This document shows positions 20,611 to 30,482 of a stretch of DNA of 64,000 bases, piece after piece (position 1 is the stretch's first letter; the number at the start of each line of letters is the position of its first letter). The notes under the pieces are model-generated. The model ran no database searches and was not told the origin of the DNA. It saw only the letters and a list, made by a program, of their open reading frames with translations. The stretch comes from Elusimicrobiota bacterium (lineage in GTDB: Bacteria > Elusimicrobiota > Elusimicrobia > UBA1565 > UBA9628). Where the stretch lies: the NCBI GenBank assembly GCA_027319565.1, contig DAHVNA010000005.1, forward strand, positions 8,759-72,758. The letters are read 5' to 3'. Made by a program: the position numbers and the translations under genes.

Positions 20611-20676
20611 AGTATAGCGTCCCTGCCTTTTTTACGCCTGGGCCAAAAGGCCCAGACAGGTTCCGGCAAAAGGCCC
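20611..20676 (-). promoter_or_regulatory. Paired palindromic operator-like sites plus -10 box (TATACT 20616-20611)
   Basis: Minus strand GGGCCTTTTGCCGG (20676-20663) and GGGCCTTTTGGCCC (20653-20640), then 23 nt to TATACT. Confidence 0.6.
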
Positions 20677-20777
20677 AGGCCAAGGCCGCGATTTTGTCTT
20701 GACAGATTTGATGCGGTTTGAGAATTGAGCGGAAAGAATCTGCTATACTGCATGAAGTAAACACAAGGGGGCTTCCG

Positions 20778-21257
20778 ATGATTAAAAATTGTTCAAAGAT
20801 TTTAAATTTTTCGCTTGTCGCGGCATTAATGCTTCAGTCCGTCGGCTGTGGAACCATTATGTATCCGCAGCGGAAAGGGCAGAAAGCCGGAAAAATCGAC
20901 ATAGCGGTTGCCGCTTTAGACGCGGTCGGTCTGTTATTTTTCATTGTTCCCGGTGTCATCGCGTTTGCGGTTGACTTTAACAATGGGACGATTTACCTTC
21001 CGAAGGGTGGAACGGGCTTATTGAATTTAAACGATTCCCAGAAGGTGAGATTTGATCCACGGGGTAATGCAAAAGCCAACGTTGAAAAAATTATTCGGCA
21101 AAGAACTGGATTGGATATTGAGCTGGGCGGGCCTGATGTTGAAGCCTTTCATCTCAAGTCCGTTGATGAGTTGCCTGCGCGCTTTACGGCGGATCGCGAA
21201 CAACTCTACGGGAAACTAAAGGCAAATAAAATTGAGATCCCCCTCATACTCATATAA
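20778..21257 (+). CDS. Conserved hypothetical lipoprotein
   Basis: Lipobox SVGC then GTIMYPQRKGQ; hydrophobic segment DAVGLLFFIVPGVIAFAVDF. Confidence 0.75.
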   Translation: MIKNCSKILNFSLVAALMLQSVGCGTIMYPQRKGQKAGKIDIAVAALDAVGLLFFIVPGVIAFAVDFNNGTIYLPKGGTGLLNLNDSQKVRFDPRGNAKANVEKIIRQRTGLDIELGGPDVEAFHLKSVDELPARFTADREQLYGKLKANKIEIPLILI

Positions 21258-21402
21258 CCTAAAGGAAAGACGCCGCATTGATGAAGAGGGGCTTAAGCGA
21301 TCGCGCGATAGGGCTTATTACCTTCGATCACATTTAGCATGATTTGATGCGCATTTTTTAATTTATTATTGAGTCCCTGGTTTGGTAGAATAAGACAATC
21401 CC

Positions 21403-22920
21403 ATGAAACTGACGATCGCTGTTCTTTCTTTATTTACTCCGCTTTCCGCATTCGCACAGACAGTCAACGTCTCAACTCCCGCCGCGCCCACTCGTTTTCT
21501 GCCCATCGCGATTTCAAGCTCCGCTCAAACCCAAACTCAAATTGTTTCAACTCACACCCTAAACGCATCCCTGGCCTCTCCGGCGATTCCTAAAATTTCC
21601 TCATCTACGGCCAAGGTCCGGACTCCCGCGATATCGTCTTCAACCGCGCAAAAACAGGTTTCCCAACCCGCCCCCATTCCTTTAGATGGGATCTCCCAGG
21701 CAAAAGAAGATTACCAAGAGGGGCTTGCCGATTTCAAAAATGGACAAGACAGCGCCGGACGAGAAAAAATGGCGGACGCCTTTAGCATCGTCATCTCCCG
21801 CTTTCACGACCCCTTGCTTCCGAAAGTTCTCGCGCCCGACTTCGATCGGATGCTGAAAAAAATACGAGTTACCATTACTTCCAATACCGAGCACATCGCC
21901 ATCAATCCCAATGATCCGAAAGTTCAAGAGATGATTCAGCTTTATCTGCGCCGCCCCAAAGCGACCGAAGCGGCCCTGAACCGCTCCGGAATGTACCGGG
22001 ACATGATTATGGCGGCGCTCAAGAAAAAAGGCCTGCCCCCAGAACTGTTCTATTTGGTCATGGCGGAAAGCGAATTTAAAGACGATGCCTTAAGCCGCTC
22101 GGGCGCCGCGGGCCTATGGCAATTCATGCCGGGCACCGCCGTCAAATACGGACTTAAGGTCAGCTACTGGGAAGATGATCGTTATGTTCCCGAAAAAGAA
22201 ACCATGGCCGCCATCCATTATCTTTCGGATCTTCGCCGCTGGTTCGGCGATTGGGCTTTGGCTTTAGCCGCTTATAACCGTGGAGAAGGCGGCTTGGGTT
22301 ATGAAATGAAGATGAGCCGCTCTCTTACTTTCGGCACCCTTTCCTCCCGCGGGGCTTTGCCGACCCAAACGAATTTCTACGTTCCTAAATTCGAGGCCTG
22401 CGTTTTAATTGGAGAAAATCCTGAGAAATATGGTTTTCATCCCCAATATGCCGCTCCAGAATCCTTTGACACCGTCACGATTCCGCACGCTCTCGATTTG
22501 GGAATCGCCGCGCGCTGCGCTCAAACCAGCGAAAGCGTGTTGCGCCAATTAAACCCGGAACTTCGCGCCTGGTGCACACCGGAAGAAAAGTCCGGCTTTA
22601 CGCTTAAAATCCCCAAAGGCTCCGCGAAAAATTTTGAGACGGCCTTGGCCCAAGTCAAGGATTGGAATCCCGGGCCGACTATGCTTCGCTACCGCATCAG
22701 AAGAGGCGACATTCTAGGAAAGATTGCGCGCCGATACCACACCACCATTTCAAGCCTCATTAGAATCAACCACATCCGCAGCGTCAGAACCCTTAAACCC
22801 GGGCACATCATTTTAATTCGGCCGGGAATACGCCGCGTTCATATACGCCGATTGGCGCGCCGCCGACACCGGCAATCTCGCATATCTCGCTCAAAGAAAA
22901 GAAAAAGAGTTCGTGGTTGA
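21403..22920 (+). CDS. MltD-like lytic transglycosylase with LysM domain
   Basis: Signal peptide; SLT motifs AES, GLWQFM, AYNRG; LysM YRIRRGDILGKIA; Arg-rich tail. Confidence 0.9.
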   Translation: MKLTIAVLSLFTPLSAFAQTVNVSTPAAPTRFLPIAISSSAQTQTQIVSTHTLNASLASPAIPKISSSTAKVRTPAISSSTAQKQVSQPAPIPLDGISQAKEDYQEGLADFKNGQDSAGREKMADAFSIVISRFHDPLLPKVLAPDFDRMLKKIRVTITSNTEHIAINPNDPKVQEMIQLYLRRPKATEAALNRSGMYRDMIMAALKKKGLPPELFYLVMAESEFKDDALSRSGAAGLWQFMPGTAVKYGLKVSYWEDDRYVPEKETMAAIHYLSDLRRWFGDWALALAAYNRGEGGLGYEMKMSRSLTFGTLSSRGALPTQTNFYVPKFEACVLIGENPEKYGFHPQYAAPESFDTVTIPHALDLGIAARCAQTSESVLRQLNPELRAWCTPEEKSGFTLKIPKGSAKNFETALAQVKDWNPGPTMLRYRIRRGDILGKIARRYHTTISSLIRINHIRSVRTLKPGHIILIRPGIRRVHIRRLARRRHRQSRISRSKKRKRVRG

Positions 22921-23807
22921 GACAAGAAACGGAAAATAACGGCAAGCGCGGAAAGAAGGCAAATTTTTTTACTTCCTTTTACCTTCCGCTTCTTTCCGTT
23001 TTTCTTTTCTCCGGATGCACGCATGATTTCTTTTTTCCAACCCACCGCCTCTACCGCCGCCCGGAAACGCTAGGCATCAACTCCGAGTGGTTTAAATTTC
23101 CCTCCAAAGATGGAACCGCCATCACCGGGCTCTTGATGAAAACATCCCAACCAAAAGCCAAGGGAATTTTAATTCAGTTTCACGGCAATGGAGAGAACAT
23201 GACTTCCCATTTCATGTTCTCTTATTGGTTGCCCGCCCAAGGTTATGATGTGTTAATTTTCGATTATCGCGGATACGGAGCCTCCGATGGGAAACCCTCG
23301 GTCAAAGGCGCCATTAAAGACGGAGAAGCGGCCATTGACTATGTTTTAAAGCGCCGGGATTTACCTTCGGCGGTATTTGTCTGGGGGCAAAGTTTGGGCG
23401 GAGCCATCGGCATCGCTTCTCTGGCCCTGGGGCGTTTTCAAAACCCGCGCATCAAGGCCCTCATCATCGAAAACTCTTTTGACTCTTATCAGGATATGGC
23501 CGAGGCCGTATTGGGCCGCTCCTGGATTACCTGGCTTTTCCGCTGGCCGCTTTCAAGGCTGTTTATCTCCGACCGCTACGCGCCCATGAATTACATGCGC
23601 CAATTACCGCATATTCCGATTCTGGCGATTGCCTCGACCAAAGATACGATTGTCCCATTTCGACTTGAAAAAAAACTTTTTGAGGAACTCCCTCAGCCAA
23701 AGACCCTGTGGATCGTTTCCGGGGGAGATCATTTGTCGGCCTTTACGCGATTTGGAGATTCTTTCAAGCCTAAACTTCTTGAATTTCTCAGCGAGCACCG
23801 CCATTAA
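22917..23807 (+). CDS. Alpha/beta hydrolase lipoprotein
   Basis: Lipobox FSGC; FHGNG, DYRGYG, GQSLG, and Asp/His triad candidates. Confidence 0.88.
   Translation: MRQETENNGKRGKKANFFTSFYLPLLSVFLFSGCTHDFFFPTHRLYRRPETLGINSEWFKFPSKDGTAITGLLMKTSQPKAKGILIQFHGNGENMTSHFMFSYWLPAQGYDVLIFDYRGYGASDGKPSVKGAIKDGEAAIDYVLKRRDLPSAVFVWGQSLGGAIGIASLALGRFQNPRIKALIIENSFDSYQDMAEAVLGRSWITWLFRWPLSRLFISDRYAPMNYMRQLPHIPILAIASTKDTIVPFRLEKKLFEELPQPKTLWIVSGGDHLSAFTRFGDSFKPKLLEFLSEHRH
22924..23008. repeat. Degenerate ~10-nt-unit inverted repeat (purine arm and pyrimidine arm)
   Basis: AACGGAAAAT AACGGCAAGC ... TTACCTTCCG CTTCTTTCCGTT; shares exact words with 48509-48674. Confidence 0.5.
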
Positions 23808-23871
23808 AATCCATAAACCGTCTTGAGAAGAGAACCATATTTAGTAGAATGAGGTATTCCTCTACTCAACG

Positions 23872-26052
23872 ATGAATCTTGATCTTCTCAACCCCGAACA
23901 AGCGCGCGCGGTTCTTCACAAAGAAGGACCGCTCTTGGTTCTGGCCGCGGCGGGAACCGGAAAAACGCGGGTCATCACTTACCGGATCGCCAAACTTATC
24001 GAAGAAGGCGTTCCCCCCGAAAGAATCCTGGCCGTCACTTTCACCAATAAAGCCGCCGAGGAAATGCGCCAAAGAATTGAGTCTCTGTCTCCCGGAAAAG
24101 GCAGCGCGGTCTGGGTTTTCACTTTCCACGGCTTCTGCGCGAAGCTTTTGCGCCAGCACTATGAGTTAGCCAAACTCAGCCGTCATTTCACGATTTACGA
24201 TCAATCCGACCAAAAAAGACTGATCACCGAAGCGATGAAGGAACTCGGTCTCGATAGAGAAACCGCGAAGGCCTCGATGTATACCGGAATTATCTCGCGC
24301 GCCAAAGACGATCTTTTAGACGCCGAGTCCTACGCGATCTATGCCGAAACGACCGTTGACTCTTCCAGAAAAACCGCCGCGAGAATTTACAGCGTCTATC
24401 AAAAGAAGCTGGAAAACGCGGGAGGAGTCGATTTCGGAGATCTCTTGCTTAAAGTTTGCTCTCTTTTAAAGGAACACCCCTCTATTCGCGAATACTATCA
24501 AGATTATTTCCGGCATATTCTCGTAGACGAATACCAAGACACCAATCACGCCCAATACATCATCACCAAAACCCTGGCCTCCAAACATAAAAATCTGTGC
24601 GTGGTCGGAGACGACGATCAAAGCGTTTATTCTTGGCGCGGCGCCGATATCCGAAACATCTTGGAATTTGAGCGCGATTTTAAAGACACCGGAGTCGTCA
24701 CTCTCGAACAAAATTATCGTTCGACCAAGCCGATTCTCGACGCCGCGGGACGGGTCATCCGCAACAACGGAAAGCGCAAAGCCAAAACCTTATGGACAAA
24801 AAAAGAAGGCGGCAACGCCATCCATGTCCAAGAGTTGATGGATGAAAGAGAAGAGGCTTCCTGGGTAGTCCGTAGAATCGAAGGGGAAAAAAGAGGAGGG
24901 CGTTCTCTTTCCGATTTCGCGATTTTTTACCGCACCAACGCGCAAAGCCGTTCTTTTGAAGAGGCCTTGCGCCGCGCCGGAATCAATTATCGATTGATCG
25001 GGGCGATGCGCTTCTATCAAAGACAAGAAATCAAAGACGCCTTGGCTTACGCGCGCGTGATTTTAAATCCGAGAGATGAAATTAGCCTGATGCGAATCGT
25101 CAACACCCCGCCACGGGGTATCGGAAAAACCAGCCTTGAAAGAATCAAGGCTTTTGCGAATTCTAAAAATTTAAGCGGTTTGGACGCCTTTAAGGCGGCC
25201 TCGGAAATAGAAAATTTGACGCCTTCTTGCCGCAAATCCTTAGCGGATATGACTTCCTTTATTGACAGAATTCAAACCGATTTGCCGTCTTTGTCGGCCG
25301 GGCTTGCAATGGCGCGCATTTTAGAAGAATCCCGCTATTTTTCTTGGCTGGAACAAGAAAGCGAAACCGATCTCGACGCGGCTTCTCGTCTCGCCAACGT
25401 CCAAGAACTTTTAAACTCGGTCAAGGAATACGAAGAAAGAAGGCAGGCCTCCGGTTCTCCTTTAAGCCTTAGCCAGTATCTCGAAGAAATCTCTCTTCAA
25501 ACCGACAGCTTGGATGCGCCGGGGGGCGAGGATTCGATAACCCTGATGACCATTCACCTCGCCAAGGGCCTTGAGTTTCCAGTGGTTTTCCTGACCGGTC
25601 TTGAGGAAGGGTTATTTCCAATCGGCTCGAATAATTCTTCCCAGGAGGAATTGGAAGAAGAAAGGCGCCTCTGCTATGTCGGAATGACGCGGGCAAAGGA
25701 AATGTTGTATTTGACTCATGCCTCGACTCGGCGCGTTTTCGGACAAACCTATTCCAATATCCCTTCCCGCTTTATCATGGAGTCTCAGGTTGAAAGCGAA
25801 TGTTCGCCCTCTTCCAAAAGACTGCCCGCTCAACCCGCGATGACGGGCTCCTCTCTTCAGCCGCCAAACTCCTACGCCCAAAGAATGGGGGCAGCGCTAA
25901 GAGTCGGCTCTCGAGTTCGGCACCCGCTTTTTGGAACGGGAGAAGTGCTGGAAAAATCCGGCAGCGGAGAAGGCGCCAAAGCCCTCATCCGCTTTCAAAA
26001 TGGAAGAATCGCCAAACTTGTTTTGCGCTACGCCCCCTTGGAGGTTATTTGA
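23872..26052 (+). CDS. pcrA: ATP-dependent DNA helicase PcrA/UvrD
   Basis: AAAGTGKT, VDEYQD, QNYRS, HLAKGLEF, EEERRLCYVGMTRA; C-terminal tudor-like domain. Confidence 0.96.
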   Translation: MNLDLLNPEQARAVLHKEGPLLVLAAAGTGKTRVITYRIAKLIEEGVPPERILAVTFTNKAAEEMRQRIESLSPGKGSAVWVFTFHGFCAKLLRQHYELAKLSRHFTIYDQSDQKRLITEAMKELGLDRETAKASMYTGIISRAKDDLLDAESYAIYAETTVDSSRKTAARIYSVYQKKLENAGGVDFGDLLLKVCSLLKEHPSIREYYQDYFRHILVDEYQDTNHAQYIITKTLASKHKNLCVVGDDDQSVYSWRGADIRNILEFERDFKDTGVVTLEQNYRSTKPILDAAGRVIRNNGKRKAKTLWTKKEGGNAIHVQELMDEREEASWVVRRIEGEKRGGRSLSDFAIFYRTNAQSRSFEEALRRAGINYRLIGAMRFYQRQEIKDALAYARVILNPRDEISLMRIVNTPPRGIGKTSLERIKAFANSKNLSGLDAFKAASEIENLTPSCRKSLADMTSFIDRIQTDLPSLSAGLAMARILEESRYFSWLEQESETDLDAASRLANVQELLNSVKEYEERRQASGSPLSLSQYLEEISLQTDSLDAPGGEDSITLMTIHLAKGLEFPVVFLTGLEEGLFPIGSNNSSQEELEEERRLCYVGMTRAKEMLYLTHASTRRVFGQTYSNIPSRFIMESQVESECSPSSKRLPAQPAMTGSSLQPPNSYAQRMGAALRVGSRVRHPLFGTGEVLEKSGSGEGAKALIRFQNGRIAKLVLRYAPLEVI

Positions 26053-26351
26053 TGGAAAAATCTTCTCCGATTACGAAAGAAGACGTGCTTAAAATCGCGA
26101 CCTTGGCTAAATTGTCTTTGTCCGCCGATGAAGTTTCCCTCTACCAATCGCAATTCGTCAAAATCTTGGACTCGATCGCGGAATTGTCCCGCTTAAATGT
26201 GGAAAACGTGCCCCCGACCTCTTCAGTCCTGGGTATCAAAAACGCCTTGCGCGAGGATCAAGCGTCTCCTTTTGATAACATGAACGCCCTCATTGATAAC
26301 GCGCCGGAAAAAGACGGCCCTTATTTCAAAGTTCCTAAAATAATCGAATGA
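26052..26351 (+). CDS. gatC: Asp/Glu-tRNA amidotransferase subunit C
   Basis: IATLAKL, LRED, YFKVPKI; TGATG overlap with pcrA. Confidence 0.93.
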   Translation: MEKSSPITKEDVLKIATLAKLSLSADEVSLYQSQFVKILDSIAELSRLNVENVPPTSSVLGIKNALREDQASPFDNMNALIDNAPEKDGPYFKVPKIIE

Positions 26352-27811
26352 ACCATTTAACTTCGCTCTCAGCCGCTCAAATCGCAAAAAACGTCTCGGA
26401 TGGAAGTTTGAAGGCCGAAGAAGTCGCCGCAGCTCACTTAAGCCGCATTAAATCCGAAGACTCCAAGGTCAAGGCCTTTATCACGGTCTTAGAAGAACAC
26501 GCGCTTAAGGTTGCCCGCCAAATTGACTCAAAAAGGGCTCAAGGGAAAAAGCTCGGCAAATTAGCCGGGGTTCCAATCGCCATCAAAGACAATATTTTAG
26601 TCAAAGGCGTTGAAACCACCTGCGCCTCTAAAATTCTCAAGGGCTTTATGGCCCCTTACGACGCGAGTATCATCGCGAAACTCAAAGAAGAAGACGCCGT
26701 CATTATTGGAAAAACCAATCTCGATGAATTTGCGATGGGCTCATCGAACGAAAATTCCGCTTTCTTTAAGACTAAAAATCCCTGGAATTTAGACGCCGTC
26801 CCCGGGGGCTCTTCGGGAGGCTCGGCCGCCGCGGTCGCGGCCAAAATGGCGCCTTTATCCTTGGGCTCGGACACCGGAGGTTCTATCAGGCAACCCGCCG
26901 CTTTTTGCGGCTTAGTGGGTCTTAAGCCGACCTACGGACAGGTCTCCCGCTATGGCCTTATCGCCTTTGCCTCGTCTCTTGACCAAATCGGCCCCATGGC
27001 CCGAAGCGTCGAGGACGCCGCGCTTTTATTATCCTCTATCGCGGGACACGATTTAAAGGATTCGACATCGTCTCCACAAGCCGCCACCCATTTTTCGGGA
27101 GCGCCGCTTGAAAGCGCCTGCGGCCTTAGAATCGGAATGCCGCGAGAATATTTCGCCGAGGGCCTTGACCCCGAAATCCGGAAATCCGTTTGGAACGCCG
27201 TCAATTTCCTAAAAACCATCGGCGCTGAAGTCAAAGACGTCTCTCTGCCGCATACCGCTTACGCCGTCGCGACGTATTACATCATCGCGCCATCCGAAGC
27301 CGCCTCCAATCTGGCTCGCTTTGACGGAGTCCGCTATGGACACCGCGCGCAGGACGCGAGAAGCCTTTCGGAACTCTACGAAAAAACCCGCGGGGAAGGT
27401 TTTGGCCCCGAGGTTAAAAGGCGAATCATGCTGGGCACCTACGCCCTAAGCTCGGGCTATTACGACGCCTATTATAACCAAGCGCAAAAAGCTCGGACTC
27501 TGATCGCGCAAGATTTTGAAAACGTTTTTAAGGAAGTCGATTTTCTAGCCACCCCCACCACTCCAACGGCCGCCTTTAAATTCGGCGAAAAATCATCCGA
27601 CCCGGTGGCGATGTATCTATCGGATATCTTTACGATACCTTCTAATCTCGCCGGAAACGCCAGCCTCTCTGTTCCCTGCGGGCTAACCAAAGACCATTTG
27701 CCTATCGGGCTCCAGCTAATCGCTCCGGCCTTCCAAGACGAAAAATTATTGGCGCTCGCGGCCACCGTGGAAAAGGCCGTCAATTTCCCGCAGATCGCTG
27801 GGATTGGATGA
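26348..27811 (+). CDS. gatA: Asp/Glu-tRNA amidotransferase subunit A
   Basis: Amidase signature GGSSGGS, GSDTGGSIRQPA; SNLARFDGVRYG. Confidence 0.97.
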   Translation: MNHLTSLSAAQIAKNVSDGSLKAEEVAAAHLSRIKSEDSKVKAFITVLEEHALKVARQIDSKRAQGKKLGKLAGVPIAIKDNILVKGVETTCASKILKGFMAPYDASIIAKLKEEDAVIIGKTNLDEFAMGSSNENSAFFKTKNPWNLDAVPGGSSGGSAAAVAAKMAPLSLGSDTGGSIRQPAAFCGLVGLKPTYGQVSRYGLIAFASSLDQIGPMARSVEDAALLLSSIAGHDLKDSTSSPQAATHFSGAPLESACGLRIGMPREYFAEGLDPEIRKSVWNAVNFLKTIGAEVKDVSLPHTAYAVATYYIIAPSEAASNLARFDGVRYGHRAQDARSLSELYEKTRGEGFGPEVKRRIMLGTYALSSGYYDAYYNQAQKARTLIAQDFENVFKEVDFLATPTTPTAAFKFGEKSSDPVAMYLSDIFTIPSNLAGNASLSVPCGLTKDHLPIGLQLIAPAFQDEKLLALAATVEKAVNFPQIAGIG

Positions 27812-27917
27812 AAACGGACTGATGGAAGCGCCAAAGCAATCACAATGGAAGCAACCGCTGAAATCCAAACCTGGAGAGGCTACAATAAATATGCCGCTAA
27901 CGCGTAGGGCCTCTCAT

Positions 27918-28985
27918 ATGATGCAGCCCTGTTTGTTCGAGGACAATTCGCCTCCTTGCATGCCATCAGTGCAGTTTCTTGGCAATAAGGAAAAATTATT
28001 GCCTTGGATTTTTAGTTTTGTGCCAACCTCGACTTTACAAAAACCCTTGCGTTTTCTTGATGGTTTTTCCGGTTCAGCCGCAGTGTCATATGAAGCCAAG
28101 CGCAGAGGGTTTCAAGTCACCAGCAATGATCTATTGCAATCGTGTTGGCAGTCAGCGGCGGGCTTAATAGAAAACGGGACAAATACGCTCTCACAGGCGG
28201 AAGCGGAGCGTTTATTCGAGCATTCCACCCAGGCAAGCGACATGATGAGACGGCTATTTGCCGGGCGATTTTTTACGGAATCCGAGGCAGGATTGCTGGA
28301 TTCCTTCCGAGCCAACATAGAAATATTGCCAACAGCTAAACAATCGCTCGCGATGGCGGTGATGAATCGCGCCTTGACGCGAAAAATTTTGATGGGACAT
28401 TTTGCCCATTGCCAAGCGTTGACTTACGCCGCCAATCCCGCTCGAATTCGGCGGAATCCTAGTATTGCTAAACCTATTCAACAATTATTCTTTGATCTAT
28501 TGCCGGAATTTAACCAAGCTGTATTTGATAACGGTCTAGCGCATCACGCCTATAACTTGGAGTTGCTGGAGTTATTGCATGATGAAGTGGATTTCCATGT
28601 GGCATATTTTGATCCTCCATACTGCATGAGTCATGGCGATTACCAATCGTTTTACCATCTACTAGAGACCTATTCCCGCCGCTGGATGGACAAAGAATTT
28701 ATTGGGGGCACTAATCGATACTGGCCTCCCCTAGACACTGGTTTTGACAAAAAAGCGACAGTGATTGACTCTTTCAATAGGCTGTTCAAATTGGCGGCTC
28801 CAATCCCACTATGGCTAATCTCATATAACGACCGGAGCTATCCTAATGTGGAAATGTTTCACGACCTGTTGTCGGCAACCGGACGAACAATAGAAGTGCA
28901 TCGTTATCAATACCAAAACAGCCGTGGCGGAAAAGGTTCGGTTAAGGGATCTCACGAAATTTTGTTTTTGGCACGCAATGAATAA
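27918..28985 (+). CDS. N6-adenine DNA methyltransferase (D12/alpha class)
   Basis: FLGNK, motif I DGFSGSAAV near the N-terminus, catalytic YFDPPY, ISYN. Start uncertain (27891, 27918 or 27960). Confidence 0.9.
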   Translation: MMQPCLFEDNSPPCMPSVQFLGNKEKLLPWIFSFVPTSTLQKPLRFLDGFSGSAAVSYEAKRRGFQVTSNDLLQSCWQSAAGLIENGTNTLSQAEAERLFEHSTQASDMMRRLFAGRFFTESEAGLLDSFRANIEILPTAKQSLAMAVMNRALTRKILMGHFAHCQALTYAANPARIRRNPSIAKPIQQLFFDLLPEFNQAVFDNGLAHHAYNLELLELLHDEVDFHVAYFDPPYCMSHGDYQSFYHLLETYSRRWMDKEFIGGTNRYWPPLDTGFDKKATVIDSFNRLFKLAAPIPLWLISYNDRSYPNVEMFHDLLSATGRTIEVHRYQYQNSRGGKGSVKGSHEILFLARNE

Positions 28986-30063
28986 ATTCAAGCATTGGTT
29001 AAAATGTTACGAAACGGATGATTTATTGCCGTTTACCGATAACGCCGACGCGTTGCTTTGGTTAAAACTCAAATCCATTGCGCGAAGAGAATACCTGAAT
29101 GGATTCTTGCTTCATAGTGGGATAAAATTAAAATCGGGCACATTGAAAGAACAATGGCGAGAGCTGTTTGTTTCATTACATCAGCGGCATGATGCGCATT
29201 CGTTGCTGGATGCTTTTATTCGCGATCAAGATCGCCGTATAGCATTGGCTTTGCCGGTTCAACAACTAGTTTCCGAACTTTACAAAATGCGTTCCTTTGA
29301 CTGGGGCGGAAACTATCAGAATAATTTAGACCGTTTCCTGGTGGATCGCTATATTAAAAATATTCCGTCGTTTGATATTCTTTCGTCCAAAATAAAAACG
29401 GAAATCGCGGCGAGCGTTTCCGGTTATGTGTTGTGCTCATGGTATAATCACTGGTCATCCATTTTAATCGAGCACTTGTTCAAGCAACACCCAAAAGTCT
29501 TACCAACGATCGGCATGATAAAAAAAGTTGATTTTTTTATTGATCAAATACCATTCGATCTAAAGGTGACTTATCTGCCGCAAGGCTACATCGCAGAGCA
29601 ACGCAAGGCGATGGGACTAAAGCCTGAGCTAACGGAGCTAAAAGAATATGCACGAACTGAAAACATATCTTTCGATAAAACCGTCGACGATGCGACGCAA
29701 ACATATGAGATTACACAAAAATTGCTTGATATGGGCAGTCCTAATGCGGACCAGGTTCAGCGCATCAGGACTCGCATTCTAAAAGATGCCATAAAATCGC
29801 CAAAACTCTTGGCGCGTTGGCTCTATGAGAATCAAGGCGAGCGCCGATTTGACGCTTCAAATCGCGTTTTTCTAGTTATGGTGGACACCACGGATTGGGA
29901 TGCAAGCTGGAAATTAAAGCGGAATTTAGATGCGCTCAAGCCATCAATTGAAGGCTGGATTAATTCGTTTGACCGCAAGAAATTAGAACGTTTGAAGCTA
30001 GAGTTTATTTTCGCGGGAAAATCATACCGGTGTTTTTCTGACGTCATTTTTATTGTGCGATGA
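28978..30063 (+). CDS. Putative type II restriction endonuclease
   Basis: Overlaps the MTase stop; PD-(D/E)xK-like VDFFIDQIPFDLK; size typical of a type II REase. Confidence 0.65.
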   Translation: MNKFKHWLKCYETDDLLPFTDNADALLWLKLKSIARREYLNGFLLHSGIKLKSGTLKEQWRELFVSLHQRHDAHSLLDAFIRDQDRRIALALPVQQLVSELYKMRSFDWGGNYQNNLDRFLVDRYIKNIPSFDILSSKIKTEIAASVSGYVLCSWYNHWSSILIEHLFKQHPKVLPTIGMIKKVDFFIDQIPFDLKVTYLPQGYIAEQRKAMGLKPELTELKEYARTENISFDKTVDDATQTYEITQKLLDMGSPNADQVQRIRTRILKDAIKSPKLLARWLYENQGERRFDASNRVFLVMVDTTDWDASWKLKRNLDALKPSIEGWINSFDRKKLERLKLEFIFAGKSYRCFSDVIFIVR

Positions 30064-30080
30064 TGCTAAGATGATGCTAA

Positions 30081-30482
30081 ATGGATAAAGAAAAATCCGC
30101 GGGAGGCATTCTCAGTAAAAATGGCAAGCTTATGCTGGTCCGCGTCAAGAATCTCATGGGGCAAAAAGTTTGGACTTTTCCAAAAGGACATATCGAAAAG
30201 AACGAAACTCCTAAAAAAGCCGCTCTTAGAGAGGTTTGGGAAGAGACCGGATGGGAATGCAAAATTATACGCCCCCTTTTTCTCGCCCGCTATCGTTTTA
30301 AAAGAAACGACAAGCCGGTCTCTAAAACCGTACGCTGGTATCTCATGGAACCGTTTTTAAAATCAGGGCGCCCAATGGCGGGGGAAATTCTCTCGGCCCA
30401 ATGGCTCAGCCCCAAAATCGCCGGGAAAAGGCTCAAATATAAATCAGACCTTAGACTTTTAGACCTCTGGAAAAAACTATGA
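30081..30482 (+). CDS. NUDIX hydrolase
   Basis: Nudix box PKGHIEKNETPKKAALREVWEETG. Confidence 0.92.
   Translation: MDKEKSAGGILSKNGKLMLVRVKNLMGQKVWTFPKGHIEKNETPKKAALREVWEETGWECKIIRPLFLARYRFKRNDKPVSKTVRWYLMEPFLKSGRPMAGEILSAQWLSPKIAGKRLKYKSDLRLLDLWKKL

Noticed and set aside
30060..30080. ATGATGCTAA tandem duplication as a target-site duplication of the RM cassette
   Set aside because: Both copies are at the right border; no matching copy was found at the left border near 27811.
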